Numbered from the stretch's first letter, positions 16,978 through 25,851 are shown. The stretch is DNA of 64,000 nucleotides from a virus (IMGVR_UViG_3300042514_000542:60370-124369); one strand, 5' to 3'. Numbers and translations: made by a program. The notes: generated from the letters alone by a model not told the origin.

Positions 16978-17766
16978 ATGAAGTATTCAAAAGAAGAGGA
17001 ATCATTTATTATTGAGAACTACCCCAAATTCGGTGCGACTTATTGTAGTTCGGTTTTAATTAATAGAGATGTAGAAGCTGTCGGAGCTAAAGCTAGACGA
17101 ATGGGATTGCGACATGAAAGCAATTTTAAACATCCATCATTATGTAAAAATTTTTCTATAGACATAATTGAAAATCCGACAAAAGAGTTTGCATACTTAT
17201 TGGGGTTCTTATGGGCAGATGGATATATTTTAAAAAAGATTGATAAGAAAGGATTCAACCATAATAGAATTGTGTGTGAGATAGTGTCCGATGATTTTGA
17301 TATGATATGGAATAATTTTAAAGATTTTAGTAAGTGGTCTGTTAGTAAAAGAAAAAGAAGAGAGAATTGGAAGGAAACCAAAACTGCGACCATTAACAAT
17401 AAATATCTTTACGAATTTCTAGAATCTTTAGGTTTCAAATCTAAGCTTGAAGGATTCGATAAAGTATTTAAATACCTCCAGAAATTCAATCTTATTGATT
17501 ATTTTATATGTGGATTATTTGATGGTGATGGACATACTGATTTTAAAAAATTAATAGAATTATCATCTTCCATTTCCCAGAATTGGAAATCCATTGAAGA
17601 AATATTTAAAATTAATAACATTTCATACGGTCTTTATTATTACAAACATCCTACTAAAAACCATTCTGCATCCATTATTAAGATTCAAAATATTGAAGGT
17701 TTTAACTGGTTCAATAAAAACTTTCTTAAAAATGATATAGGTTTAAAAAGAAAGAGACTTAATTAA
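16978..17766 (+). CDS. LAGLIDADG homing endonuclease (N-terminal HTH-like region)
   Basis: LLGFLWADGY and GLFDGDGH motifs. + strand; its N-terminal codons read through a cassette motif copy at 17042-17063, so the true start may be the internal Met in RRMGLRHE. Confidence 0.55.
   Translation: MKYSKEEESFIIENYPKFGATYCSSVLINRDVEAVGAKARRMGLRHESNFKHPSLCKNFSIDIIENPTKEFAYLLGFLWADGYILKKIDKKGFNHNRIVCEIVSDDFDMIWNNFKDFSKWSVSKRKRRENWKETKTATINNKYLYEFLESLGFKSKLEGFDKVFKYLQKFNLIDYFICGLFDGDGHTDFKKLIELSSSISQNWKSIEEIFKINNISYGLYYYKHPTKNHSASIIKIQNIEGFNWFNKNFLKNDIGLKRKRLN
17042..17063 (-). promoter_or_regulatory. cassette motif copy displaced ~118 nt from the NAMPT-like start by homing-endonuclease insertion
   Basis: +strand ATTGTAGTTCGGTTTTAATTAA, lying inside the + strand endonuclease ORF. 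Confidence 0.5.
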
Positions 17767-18203
17767 ATTGTAAACGTCCACTTAGGTTTCTTAGGATGAA
17801 CGAAGGTGTTAAGAACACACTCAGCAATTCTCTTATGTGACATACCATTAGAACCATTGGCGGAAAAGCACTCACCATCATTCAAATCGGAAGCACAATA
17901 TTCACTAATACCACCAGTAATAGGATATACTAGATCGGGATTTACACCATCCCACCCAAAAAAATCAATAACATTTTGATGTGGGAATGCATCCTTATCA
18001 ATGTATCCTTCATCATTCGGATCATCTGGAATTTCCACTCCACATTCCTTAGCAACATTTTGTGCTACTGCTAGACAACAGCGACCACCATTTTTATACA
18101 TACCTCCGGTAGCCTTCTTCTTATTCTTAATTAGTGCTTCTGCCCAAAGTTGATTGCGTTGTTTGATTTGAGTCTTAGTTGGGTTTAGTAGGTTGTTTTT
18201 CAT
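17763..18203 (-). CDS. hypothetical protein
   Basis: 146-aa ORF. Confidence 0.5.
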   Translation of the reverse strand: MKNNLLNPTKTQIKQRNQLWAEALIKNKKKATGGMYKNGGRCCLAVAQNVAKECGVEIPDDPNDEGYIDKDAFPHQNVIDFFGWDGVNPDLVYPITGGISEYCASDLNDGECFSANGSNGMSHKRIAECVLNTFVHPKKPKWTFTI

Positions 18204-18212
18204 TGTATCAGT

Positions 18213-18234
18213 ATTATAGTTCGGTTTTAATTAA
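18213..18234 (-). promoter_or_regulatory. cassette motif copy
   Basis: +strand ATTATAGTTCGGTTTTAATTAA. Confidence 0.6.
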
Positions 18235-18252
18235 CGGTAAACGACAATTTCT

Positions 18253-19173
18253 TCATAGCTCAATTTTCATGCACACAACTCTCTCATCATGTGGATAGAA
18301 GTATTTGGTAGTCCAATTTTGTTTGGAATTTGTGGTATAAACCTTATCAAAATGCTCAGATACGTTTTTGATGCCATCATAGCAATCAGAGTGTGTGGTG
18401 AATAACATAAGCTTGCCACAATTCTTTTCACGAAGTTTCTTACCAAGGCCAATGAATGTTCCACCCATCGAATTAATATCATCGCAGATAAGTGTAGGAT
18501 GACCACCTAGATCATCAGCACCTACGAAGAACTCCTTAATAGAACCATCCTTGACATCACGAACTTTCTCACAACGAATTAGGTTGAATGTCTTAGCGTG
18601 ATACATGCAAGCAAGGTATTGTGTAATCTTACCTACGCGCTTTCCAGCACCAGCATCAGGACATACGATATTCCATTCCTTTTGGTTGACATCGCTTTGA
18701 ATGATTTGATCAATATATTTCAATTCATCAAGAACAATAACATTGTTAAGCAATGCTGGAGTCACTTCACTATGAGGACAAAGGATAGTAACACTGTTGA
18801 ATCCACAACCATTAATCATATCAGTAAAGACCTTAATGGTTAATGGTTCACCTTCATTACATACGCGGTCTTGACGAGCGGCGGGAAAGTATGGAAGAAT
18901 AAGTCTAATGTCATTAAAACCCATACGACGAGCAGCATCATTTGCCAGAATAATATCAAACAAATCGCCAATCTTATTATATCGTTGAGTGATTACCAGA
19001 GTAGATGCTTCTGGACATGCACATTTGTTAGTAATCTGAAAGTGCGGCTCCCCGCCTTTGAAGTCAAATTTCTTATAGAATACCTCAACACCCTCGAAAG
19101 GTGCGAAGGTTTCATCTAGGTTTAAAACGTATGGTCGTTCTGCTTTCATGTTCCAATGTATATGCTGCTTCAT
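18253..19173 (-). CDS. ribose-phosphate pyrophosphokinase (PRPP synthetase)-like protein; candidate ADPR-pyrophosphate synthetase (Adps) of an NARP1-type pathway
   Basis: 306 aa; LPYFPAARQDR, PDAGAGKR and DDI..MGGT resemble Prs motifs. Confidence 0.55.
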   Translation of the reverse strand: MKQHIHWNMKAERPYVLNLDETFAPFEGVEVFYKKFDFKGGEPHFQITNKCACPEASTLVITQRYNKIGDLFDIILANDAARRMGFNDIRLILPYFPAARQDRVCNEGEPLTIKVFTDMINGCGFNSVTILCPHSEVTPALLNNVIVLDELKYIDQIIQSDVNQKEWNIVCPDAGAGKRVGKITQYLACMYHAKTFNLIRCEKVRDVKDGSIKEFFVGADDLGGHPTLICDDINSMGGTFIGLGKKLREKNCGKLMLFTTHSDCYDGIKNVSEHFDKVYTTNSKQNWTTKYFYPHDERVVCMKIEL

Positions 19174-19179
19174 GTTGCT

Positions 19180-19201
19180 ATTGTAGTTCGGTTTTAATTA
19201 T
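19180..19201 (-). promoter_or_regulatory. cassette motif copy
   Basis: +strand ATTGTAGTTCGGTTTTAATTAT. Confidence 0.6.
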
Positions 19202-19259
19202 GGGGAACGGATAGTAATATTTCATACTATCCGTTCCGAGGTTTCTCTTACTATGAGAA

Positions 19260-20273
19260 TTAAGCAGGATCAAGAGTTACAACAGTAACACCATCCACTT
19301 CATCCCATTCATACCACAAGTCTTGTAGAATGTTTAGAACGGTTTCCTTGGTGATCCAAGCAGGAGAGAAACTATTCTGAATTTGGCGAATAGTAACTTG
19401 ATCATATCCAGCCTCTTCCTTTCTTTGAAGGTAGGTTTGAACCTTTCCGACTTTAGCTAGATACTCTTCATTAACCTCTTCGGTATCATCTTCAATGGTA
19501 TCGAAAACATCTTGACCTTTGCTATCCACAACAGAAGTGAAGATTTCCTCCACGAAGTCAGCAACAACTTCATACTTGGAGACACGGCACTTTTGGAATG
19601 AATAGTCTTTTGGAACAGATACTACATCCTTTGGATTAACCTTAACAAGAATAAGTCTTTGAGAGAATCCACGGGCATAGTCCAATGATCCACAGTGAAG
19701 TCCAAAGCTACATTCATTGGCTCGATTATCATCGACACAGTTACGTGCAACTTCGATCACTTCACCAACACCATTATAGATATGTCCATATTCATCGACA
19801 GTTCCTTGAAGGACTCTTGTTTCGGTATTTCCAGTGGCAGAATAGTAGTCATTTCTAACACCCTTATAGGCAATTAGATCACCATCTTCGGTGATAGGAA
19901 GTTCCTTATAAGAAAGGAAGTCCGTAAGTTCTGCAACAGATTGTGCAGAAGGATTCTCACGAAGCTTTTCCCAAAACTTCTCAAAGTGTTCGATGGGAAG
20001 ACCATCACGAACAATCGAAATAACCTTGGTCTTCAAGGCTTTAGGTAGTGATTCTCCTTGATAGGTAACATCATCACCATTGATAATAAATCCAGCAGAT
20101 GTGATCTTGCTAATTGGATTGATGATTTCCTTCACAGCAGACTCTTGTTCATCCTTCGGTAGTTCAAAGGTCTTAAGAATTCTTGCGTAGTTTTTGTCGG
20201 TTTTCTCGACACGAACCTTCTCACCAGTTGATAGGAGAAGGATGATTGCGTTTGCGTTAGTTATGTAGTTCAT
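19260..20273 (-). CDS. hypothetical protein
   Basis: 337 aa; contains CSFGLHCGSLDYARGF; no family assignable by eye. Confidence 0.5.
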   Translation of the reverse strand: MNYITNANAIILLLSTGEKVRVEKTDKNYARILKTFELPKDEQESAVKEIINPISKITSAGFIINGDDVTYQGESLPKALKTKVISIVRDGLPIEHFEKFWEKLRENPSAQSVAELTDFLSYKELPITEDGDLIAYKGVRNDYYSATGNTETRVLQGTVDEYGHIYNGVGEVIEVARNCVDDNRANECSFGLHCGSLDYARGFSQRLILVKVNPKDVVSVPKDYSFQKCRVSKYEVVADFVEEIFTSVVDSKGQDVFDTIEDDTEEVNEEYLAKVGKVQTYLQRKEEAGYDQVTIRQIQNSFSPAWITKETVLNILQDLWYEWDEVDGVTVVTLDPA

Positions 20274-20323
20274 TTTCTTTGTTTTTGTATTGTAATTCAG
20301 TTTTTTCGTTTGTCAATAGCTAG

Positions 20324-20345
20324 AATGTATTTCGGTTTTAATTAA
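20324..20345 (-). promoter_or_regulatory. cassette motif copy (with a degenerate second copy at ~20288-20307)
   Basis: +strand AATGTATTTCGGTTTTAATTAA; upstream ATTGTAATTCAGTTTTTTCG looks like a decayed copy. Confidence 0.55.
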
Positions 20346-20347
20346 AG

Positions 20348-20557
20348 TTACCTGCAATGGACGATCACATTCCCATCTTCATCAATCTCTCTATAACCAC
20401 CAACCCTTCCAACATCAGTATATGGTGCGCGATCTTCGCAAACTATATCGAACCAGTCATCCGCTTGTTGTTCACCTTGACCTTCATACCATTCAGCCAA
20501 TGCTTTCGCTTGTGCTGGGGTAAGATTAACGAATGTGCATGTCACCTTATCTTTCAT
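20348..20557 (-). CDS. hypothetical protein
   Basis: 69-aa ORF. Confidence 0.45.
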   Translation of the reverse strand: MKDKVTCTFVNLTPAQAKALAEWYEGQGEQQADDWFDIVCEDRAPYTDVGRVGGYREIDEDGNVIVHCR

Positions 20558-20563
20558 ATCAGT

Positions 20564-20585
20564 ATTGTATTTCGGTTTTAATTAA
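20564..20585 (-). promoter_or_regulatory. cassette motif copy
   Basis: +strand ATTGTATTTCGGTTTTAATTAA. Confidence 0.6.
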
Positions 20586-20587
20586 GA

Positions 20588-21046
20588 TCACCAGTCGATC
20601 AGTTTCACTTCTTTTTTGTAGATTCCAAAATTATCATCGCGATAATCCCATCCAGAAAGCCTTTTTTCTATTTTAGCCATTTCTATATAATCTTCATCAG
20701 ATTTAACATTTGTATCAACCTTTGGTTGAATCATCAAAATATGGGTATCATAATAATCTTTTCTACTTAAATTGTAGTAATGATAAATTAATGTAGGTAC
20801 TCTATACTTTGGTGGTGGTGGAAATCTAGTAATATACCCAACCTTAATCACTTGTCGCTTACCAATGAAAGTTGCGCCAGATGAATGTATATAATCGAAA
20901 CCTAAGTCTTTAATTTTTTTGACTAAATGTTTATCAATATATACCCCCGATAACTGAACACCATCCAATAGTTTAAAAGCTTCTTTAATTTGTTTGTCAA
21001 GACGTTTAATCTCCCCTTCACCATGTATTAATTGTAATTTTTTCAT
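20588..21046 (-). CDS. hypothetical protein
   Basis: 152 aa; ATGA overlap with the rIIA-like gene. Confidence 0.5.
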   Translation of the reverse strand: MKKLQLIHGEGEIKRLDKQIKEAFKLLDGVQLSGVYIDKHLVKKIKDLGFDYIHSSGATFIGKRQVIKVGYITRFPPPPKYRVPTLIYHYYNLSRKDYYDTHILMIQPKVDTNVKSDEDYIEMAKIEKRLSGWDYRDDNFGIYKKEVKLIDW

Positions 21047-21047
21047 A

Positions 21048-22976
21048 TCAATCTTTCATCAACAAAATCTTACGAAGATCCTGTCTAGTAATAGTTGCGT
21101 TGTAGTTGCCAAGAGATTTAAGGATACGTCCACGGGTAGAATTCTCCTTCATAATCTGTACCTTTACATCTTCAAGTTTTCCAAACTTAGAAGGATTTTT
21201 AGCAATATACTTTACAAGCCTATCCTTTGGTTTGGATGCATAGAAAAAGCCTTGAATGGAATATGTAGCATTATTAATGGCTCTTTGACGTTTATCCGCT
21301 TCATCAAATCTAGCCTTAGCGTCAGTATATTCTTGACTACTTGGAAGAATCCAACCAAGTTCCAAAAGGTTCTCAATCATCTTCTTACTATTAGCAGTCC
21401 AAAAATTATAGCGTGTTCCATAATCCTTGGTGGGTGCGATAGTTCTAGCATTGAGTTGATAAATGTTTTCCGTTTCAAGATGCCAATCATCTTCCAAATC
21501 AGCACCCTTGAAAGAATCCTTACGAACTTTTTCATCAAGTTCTTGAGCGGTGTAGTAATCCCTATTTCCATAGGAATTATACACAAGATATTGACCATTA
21601 TCTAGATTGGTATTAACAAGCTTTGGAAGTTTAAGGCTCTTAATATCTACAAAAGCACAATCGGAAATATCAATACTGTCGTCCAAGTTCTTCAACAACT
21701 CAGCATGATCCTTATTAGAAATATATACATATCCATCATAATCATCACCCTTAATAGATTTAAGGGCATTGATGAGACGTTTGTGCCAATTAGTGGTACT
21801 TTGAATGTCTGGAAAGATATAGATTATCTCCTTCGTGGCGGTAGAGTTAGCATAAACTTGTATAACGTGATCCCCAGCATTATCTCTACTACGTCCAACT
21901 TTATAATAATATTTATGAGTTGATGCGAAACAATCCTTGTATGAATAAGAGAACCAATCACCATCATAATTACTACCATGCTGCTCGTTACCAGTTACCA
22001 CAGCACCAAACTTTGGAGTAGTTAGGGCTGATACTTCTTCTTGTGTAATTTTATCTAATGCATCTTCAATCTCCTTAAAGACTTTTTCATTAAGGGGCGT
22101 GTTCTCAATACTCTCACGGGAGATTGGTAGTGATAATTTACCAATAGGAACATCTACCACGACATACTTAAAGAATGAACGGTTGACTCTAGTGGATGTA
22201 TTATATGGATAAATCACACCACCCATTCTCACATAATATTTATTACTATAATAGTCTGGTTCATACTCATATTGATGGAAAGTATATTCACCTACCGTCT
22301 TTGATCGAATTGGACTATATGGCTCGGCTTGGGTTTTATTGTACTGATTATCGAATTTAATATTAGAATTCGGTAGAAAGAATGATACGAATTTGTTGGT
22401 TTTTTGGCTAAAGTCATATACATCTAAAGACTTAACTTCAAGACTGATTTCAATACCTTGTTCCGTAGTAGGTTCTTGGGAGATTTCATAAATCTCACCA
22501 ACAGGGATACCACCATTACCAGCACCTAGAGTGCAGATGTAACTAGTCTTGATACCATTATGATAAGAGGTGATGTAGAAAGTATCACTATAGGCATGTC
22601 CAGCTTTTGAACCCACACCGAATCCACCAATGGAATCATTCTCATTGGTCTTAGTGGATTCGAAATACATACCGAAGACATTACGAACATCGTGATCATT
22701 AAGACCCTTTGCATAATCCCTTACAGCCCAAACCCATTGATTATTCACAGACTTAAGAGAAACATTTACAGCTTCTTTAATCTTATGTTTAACGTGTTCG
22801 TCTTGAGCATTGCAGATGTATTCTCGAATAACTGCAAGGGTTTTATCGGTATAGATACGATCCCGAAGGAAGTAGCTTGCCATTTCCATGCCCTTATTGG
22901 ACATACCCATGATACTCTTGTTATCTTTGATATCGTCAGAGGCGATAGTCTTTGTTGTTAGTATTCCCGTTTTCAT
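21048..22976 (-). CDS. rIIA: rIIA-like protein (GHKL/HATPase_c ATPase domain)
   Basis: 642 aa; N-terminal GHKL ATPase signatures (IREYICNAQDE...GGFGVGSKA); size and context fit T4-like rIIA. Confidence 0.45.
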   Translation of the reverse strand: MKTGILTTKTIASDDIKDNKSIMGMSNKGMEMASYFLRDRIYTDKTLAVIREYICNAQDEHVKHKIKEAVNVSLKSVNNQWVWAVRDYAKGLNDHDVRNVFGMYFESTKTNENDSIGGFGVGSKAGHAYSDTFYITSYHNGIKTSYICTLGAGNGGIPVGEIYEISQEPTTEQGIEISLEVKSLDVYDFSQKTNKFVSFFLPNSNIKFDNQYNKTQAEPYSPIRSKTVGEYTFHQYEYEPDYYSNKYYVRMGGVIYPYNTSTRVNRSFFKYVVVDVPIGKLSLPISRESIENTPLNEKVFKEIEDALDKITQEEVSALTTPKFGAVVTGNEQHGSNYDGDWFSYSYKDCFASTHKYYYKVGRSRDNAGDHVIQVYANSTATKEIIYIFPDIQSTTNWHKRLINALKSIKGDDYDGYVYISNKDHAELLKNLDDSIDISDCAFVDIKSLKLPKLVNTNLDNGQYLVYNSYGNRDYYTAQELDEKVRKDSFKGADLEDDWHLETENIYQLNARTIAPTKDYGTRYNFWTANSKKMIENLLELGWILPSSQEYTDAKARFDEADKRQRAINNATYSIQGFFYASKPKDRLVKYIAKNPSKFGKLEDVKVQIMKENSTRGRILKSLGNYNATITRQDLRKILLMKD

Positions 22977-22983
22977 CGTGGTT

Positions 22984-23005
22984 AGTATATTTCGGTTTTA
23001 ATTAT
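22984..23005 (-). promoter_or_regulatory. cassette motif copy
   Basis: +strand AGTATATTTCGGTTTTAATTAT. Confidence 0.55.
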
Positions 23006-23085
23006 CGTTTTCCAGTAAGTCTTTGAAATATGTGTTTGATCGCAACACCGATCATCCAAATAATTGTTTTAATTGCATCTATCAT
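23002..23085 (-). CDS. 27-aa hydrophobic peptide gene with its own motif copy
   Basis: Hand translation MIDAIKTIIWMIGVAIKHIFQRLTGKR; flanked by motif copies on both sides. Confidence 0.3.
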   Translation of the reverse strand: MIDAIKTIIWMIGVAIKHIFQRLTGKR

Positions 23086-23094
23086 AGTAGCTCT

Positions 23095-23116
23095 ATTGTA
23101 TTTCGGTTTTAATTAA
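23095..23116 (-). promoter_or_regulatory. cassette motif copy
   Basis: +strand ATTGTATTTCGGTTTTAATTAA. Confidence 0.6.
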
Positions 23117-23526
23117 TCATATTCGTTGAACCAAGTAGCATCTCTAGTTGAGATGGGCAATGTCCCACCAGCGAGAACATAACCATCTTCTGCTTTCTTA
23201 AGTTGTGATTTTAGAATCTCAATATGTCGTCTTTTCCTACATAGGAATGCATGTTTAGCGAGTTCTCTGGTTTCGTATGCGAATCTTTTCACGCCATCAT
23301 TACGAACAAATTTACGATATCTTTTGACATCTTCTTCATCATTCAAATTTGTCCAATCAGGAACCACCCAAACTCCTTTAGGTGTTCTTGAAGAAATTAT
23401 AAAAACCCTACACTCCAATCTAGTGTTATGGTTGTAGTAAGTATCTGCGTCATACCTAAACATATAGATATCATTCTCTGGTAAATCCTCTGGTGTAGGT
23501 TTATTAAAAAGTTTCATACGATCCAA
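23113..23526 (-). CDS. hypothetical protein
   Basis: 137-aa ORF. Confidence 0.5.
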   Translation of the reverse strand: MDRMKLFNKPTPEDLPENDIYMFRYDADTYYNHNTRLECRVFIISSRTPKGVWVVPDWTNLNDEEDVKRYRKFVRNDGVKRFAYETRELAKHAFLCRKRRHIEILKSQLKKAEDGYVLAGGTLPISTRDATWFNEYD

Positions 23527-24002
23527 TCTGGTTTATTTTGCTTCCATTGATGAATGTGCTTCTTATCGTGAATGTAATAAAGTCTGTAACAATTTACTGG
23601 ATCGCTTTCGTCAAATTCTGGAAGTGTTCTACAAATAGTATCATCGCTGATAGCTATTGCGAATTTCTGTAGATCATTAGAGTCAAATCCTAATCTCCAA
23701 CTATTGGACTCACACCAATCTAATACATCTTCACTCTTATGACGCTTACCATAACGTTCAGTATATTCATTAGCTGTAGCGTAAGCATGTTCAATAGTCC
23801 ATAGAAAATTATCATAACTAGAACGAATCCATTTCGAAGTCGGATGGTTCTCATGAGTTTTCTTATATGGGGCATCAACACCTTGTAAGTGATACATTGT
23901 GCAAAGCATCTGACAATGTTCAAGCAACATTTTCGTTGCGTGTTTATTAACTTGCCATTTGGCCGATTGAACGGGACAGTTATCAATATGGAACAGGTTC
24001 AT
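23514..24002 (-). CDS. hypothetical protein
   Basis: 162-aa ORF. Confidence 0.5.
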   Translation of the reverse strand: MNLFHIDNCPVQSAKWQVNKHATKMLLEHCQMLCTMYHLQGVDAPYKKTHENHPTSKWIRSSYDNFLWTIEHAYATANEYTERYGKRHKSEDVLDWCESNSWRLGFDSNDLQKFAIAISDDTICRTLPEFDESDPVNCYRLYYIHDKKHIHQWKQNKPDWIV

Positions 24003-24008
24003 AATATG

Positions 24009-24030
24009 ATTATAGTTCGGTTTTAATTAG
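24009..24030 (-). promoter_or_regulatory. cassette motif copy (read through as C-terminal ..LIKTEL of the upstream gene)
   Basis: +strand ATTATAGTTCGGTTTTAATTAG. Confidence 0.6.
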
Positions 24031-24666
24031 CTTGTTTGGAATTACTTCCGAATGCATCCAGTGTGTATCAGTCGTAACATGATTTGGTCTTACCCATTTC
24101 GCCACATTACTTCCAAAGTTTTCATATGCAAATCCATCGGCATTGCGAACTACGTATCCTTCATGCACCTTACGATCCCTATTCATAAAGTCTTCAATAT
24201 ATACTGAAACATTACCGGGACTTCTTTCATCCCATAGAAAAGGCTTGGCTATAATAGGAACATGTTCAATACCCAACAACTGACAGAACTCTACAGTATC
24301 TTTCCAAGACAAGCAATAGTTAGTTTCATCCCAAATGGAGAAACAGTAGAAGTATGATTTAAGATCATCATAACCAATGGAATGTTTAGCGTAAAGATTC
24401 TCACCACACACTCTCCATCCTTCTGGAATGTCATTCTTAATAGATGCATGAAATTGTTTGATCCATGAACGTGATGGATGATCTTTACTATCCAATGAAC
24501 GAGCATGATAATGATCATTATATAGAGTGGAATTTTCACCATCCATCTTTTCGGTGATAATCATTGACTTACCATTGAAGCATGAAGTATCCTTAAGAAT
24601 TTTATCATCAGAAGTCGCTCCCGGCGACCAGTTAAGGTGCTTTGTTCGTGGATACTTAATTTTCAT
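24010..24666 (-). CDS. RNA ligase family protein (nucleotidyltransferase motif I KxDG)
   Basis: 218 aa; N-terminal KYPRTKHL and MIITEKMDGEN match the RNA_ligase (Rnl2/PF09414-like) family. Confidence 0.5.
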   Translation of the reverse strand: MKIKYPRTKHLNWSPGATSDDKILKDTSCFNGKSMIITEKMDGENSTLYNDHYHARSLDSKDHPSRSWIKQFHASIKNDIPEGWRVCGENLYAKHSIGYDDLKSYFYCFSIWDETNYCLSWKDTVEFCQLLGIEHVPIIAKPFLWDERSPGNVSVYIEDFMNRDRKVHEGYVVRNADGFAYENFGSNVAKWVRPNHVTTDTHWMHSEVIPNKLIKTEL

Positions 24667-24672
24667 ACCACT

Positions 24673-24694
24673 ATTGTAGTTCGGTTTTAATTAA
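24673..24694 (-). promoter_or_regulatory. cassette motif copy
   Basis: +strand ATTGTAGTTCGGTTTTAATTAA. Confidence 0.6.
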
Positions 24695-25000
24695 AGGGTT
24701 GATAGAATAGAAGTGCGTTGTTACACCAAAGGAGTTATGATCATCTAGCGACCTAGAGTCACATCCTATGAAACGCAATTCACGAGCATCGCAGCACCTT
24801 TGCAACAGTGTATGGTATCGTCAGCCATTTCTATTTTGCAAGGATGTATGTCTTAGTTGAATTGTATACATACGAATTACCTCTTCTCCACGTTTAGTTC
24901 CATTCATTATAAGGTGGCTACCTCTAAGCCTACTTCCTTCTATTCTATCAATGTGGAACCGTGTTGTAATGATCAACAGTAATAACCTAGCTGAGTTAGC
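24695..25000 (-). ncRNA. ~310-nt GC-richer structured non-coding segment adjacent to a LAGLIDADG endonuclease gene (intron remnant or sRNA?)
   Basis: No ORF; composition differs from flanking sequence; bounded by an intact motif (24673-24694) and a degenerate motif (25001-25029). Confidence 0.3.
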
Positions 25001-25029
25001 ATTGTTATTTCGGTTCCGATCCTATTAAA
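25001..25029 (-). promoter_or_regulatory. degenerate cassette motif copy
   Basis: +strand ATTGTTATTTCGGTTCCGATCCTATTAAA; an insertion disrupts the TTAATTAA box. Confidence 0.4.
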
Positions 25030-25834
25030 TTTTACACCATTTCCTGTCCATTTTAGGAACATCAATAGACAACAGTTTATTTCTCAAATAGATATACTTT
25101 CCAGTCTTTAAATTACCACCAAAAGATAGCTTATATACCATATTTGTATTTTTGATTTTTTTAATCGTGGTATCTATATTACAATAACTAGAAAACACGT
25201 TCTTTATAAATTGTAAAATATCACATGTCCCAATAATGGTAATAATTTGATTTCCATGGCTAGAAGCGATACAACCATCTCCATCTATATACCCTATTAT
25301 ATAGGCCAAAGCATGATTAACTGTTGGTATGTTTTCTGGCGGTTTAATCGTCGCCGTCTTATTCTGAGTAATGTTAAATCTATTAACTAATGTATTAACA
25401 ATATCTGGAACCCCGGTGAATTCACATCCGACATATTTTCCACCACCTCTAAAATAAAGTGGGCCATCATATTTAAAGTGTTCTTTTAACAGATTAACTG
25501 TCTTTAAATCTCTAGAGTGTAGCGTTAAACGAACCCTATTATTGGCTTCATCAATACATCCATCTGCTGCTAACAACCCAACCAAATACCAAGTCGTCAG
25601 ATCATCATTATCGAAAGCCTTCTGATCTATATTATATCTTGAGCCTTTACGTTTACCATTTCTTTTACTTTTACGCACACCAATATCTAAAATAGATCTA
25701 CAAGATTTACATTGGGAAGTGTAAAGGTTTTTACTTTTTGATCTTTTATAAAAAGATTCTAATGGTTTAGTTTCTTTACAGGTTGTGCAGGTTTTGTTGT
25801 TAGTCATACTATTATTTAGTGTGATCAACAACAA
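25025..25834 (-). CDS. LAGLIDADG homing endonuclease with N-terminal zinc finger
   Basis: LVGLLAADGCI and IIGYIDGDGCI motifs; N-terminal CTTCK...CKSC. Confidence 0.6.
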   Translation of the reverse strand: MLLITLNNSMTNNKTCTTCKETKPLESFYKRSKSKNLYTSQCKSCRSILDIGVRKSKRNGKRKGSRYNIDQKAFDNDDLTTWYLVGLLAADGCIDEANNRVRLTLHSRDLKTVNLLKEHFKYDGPLYFRGGGKYVGCEFTGVPDIVNTLVNRFNITQNKTATIKPPENIPTVNHALAYIIGYIDGDGCIASSHGNQIITIIGTCDILQFIKNVFSSYCNIDTTIKKIKNTNMVYKLSFGGNLKTGKYIYLRNKLLSIDVPKMDRKWCKI

Positions 25835-25851
25835 AACCCAAACTAACCACC

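Noticed and set aside
19260-20273. Assigning the 337-aa protein downstream of the rIIA-like gene as rIIB
   Set aside because: No sequence signature I can recognise; two small ORFs intervene. Context alone is insufficient.
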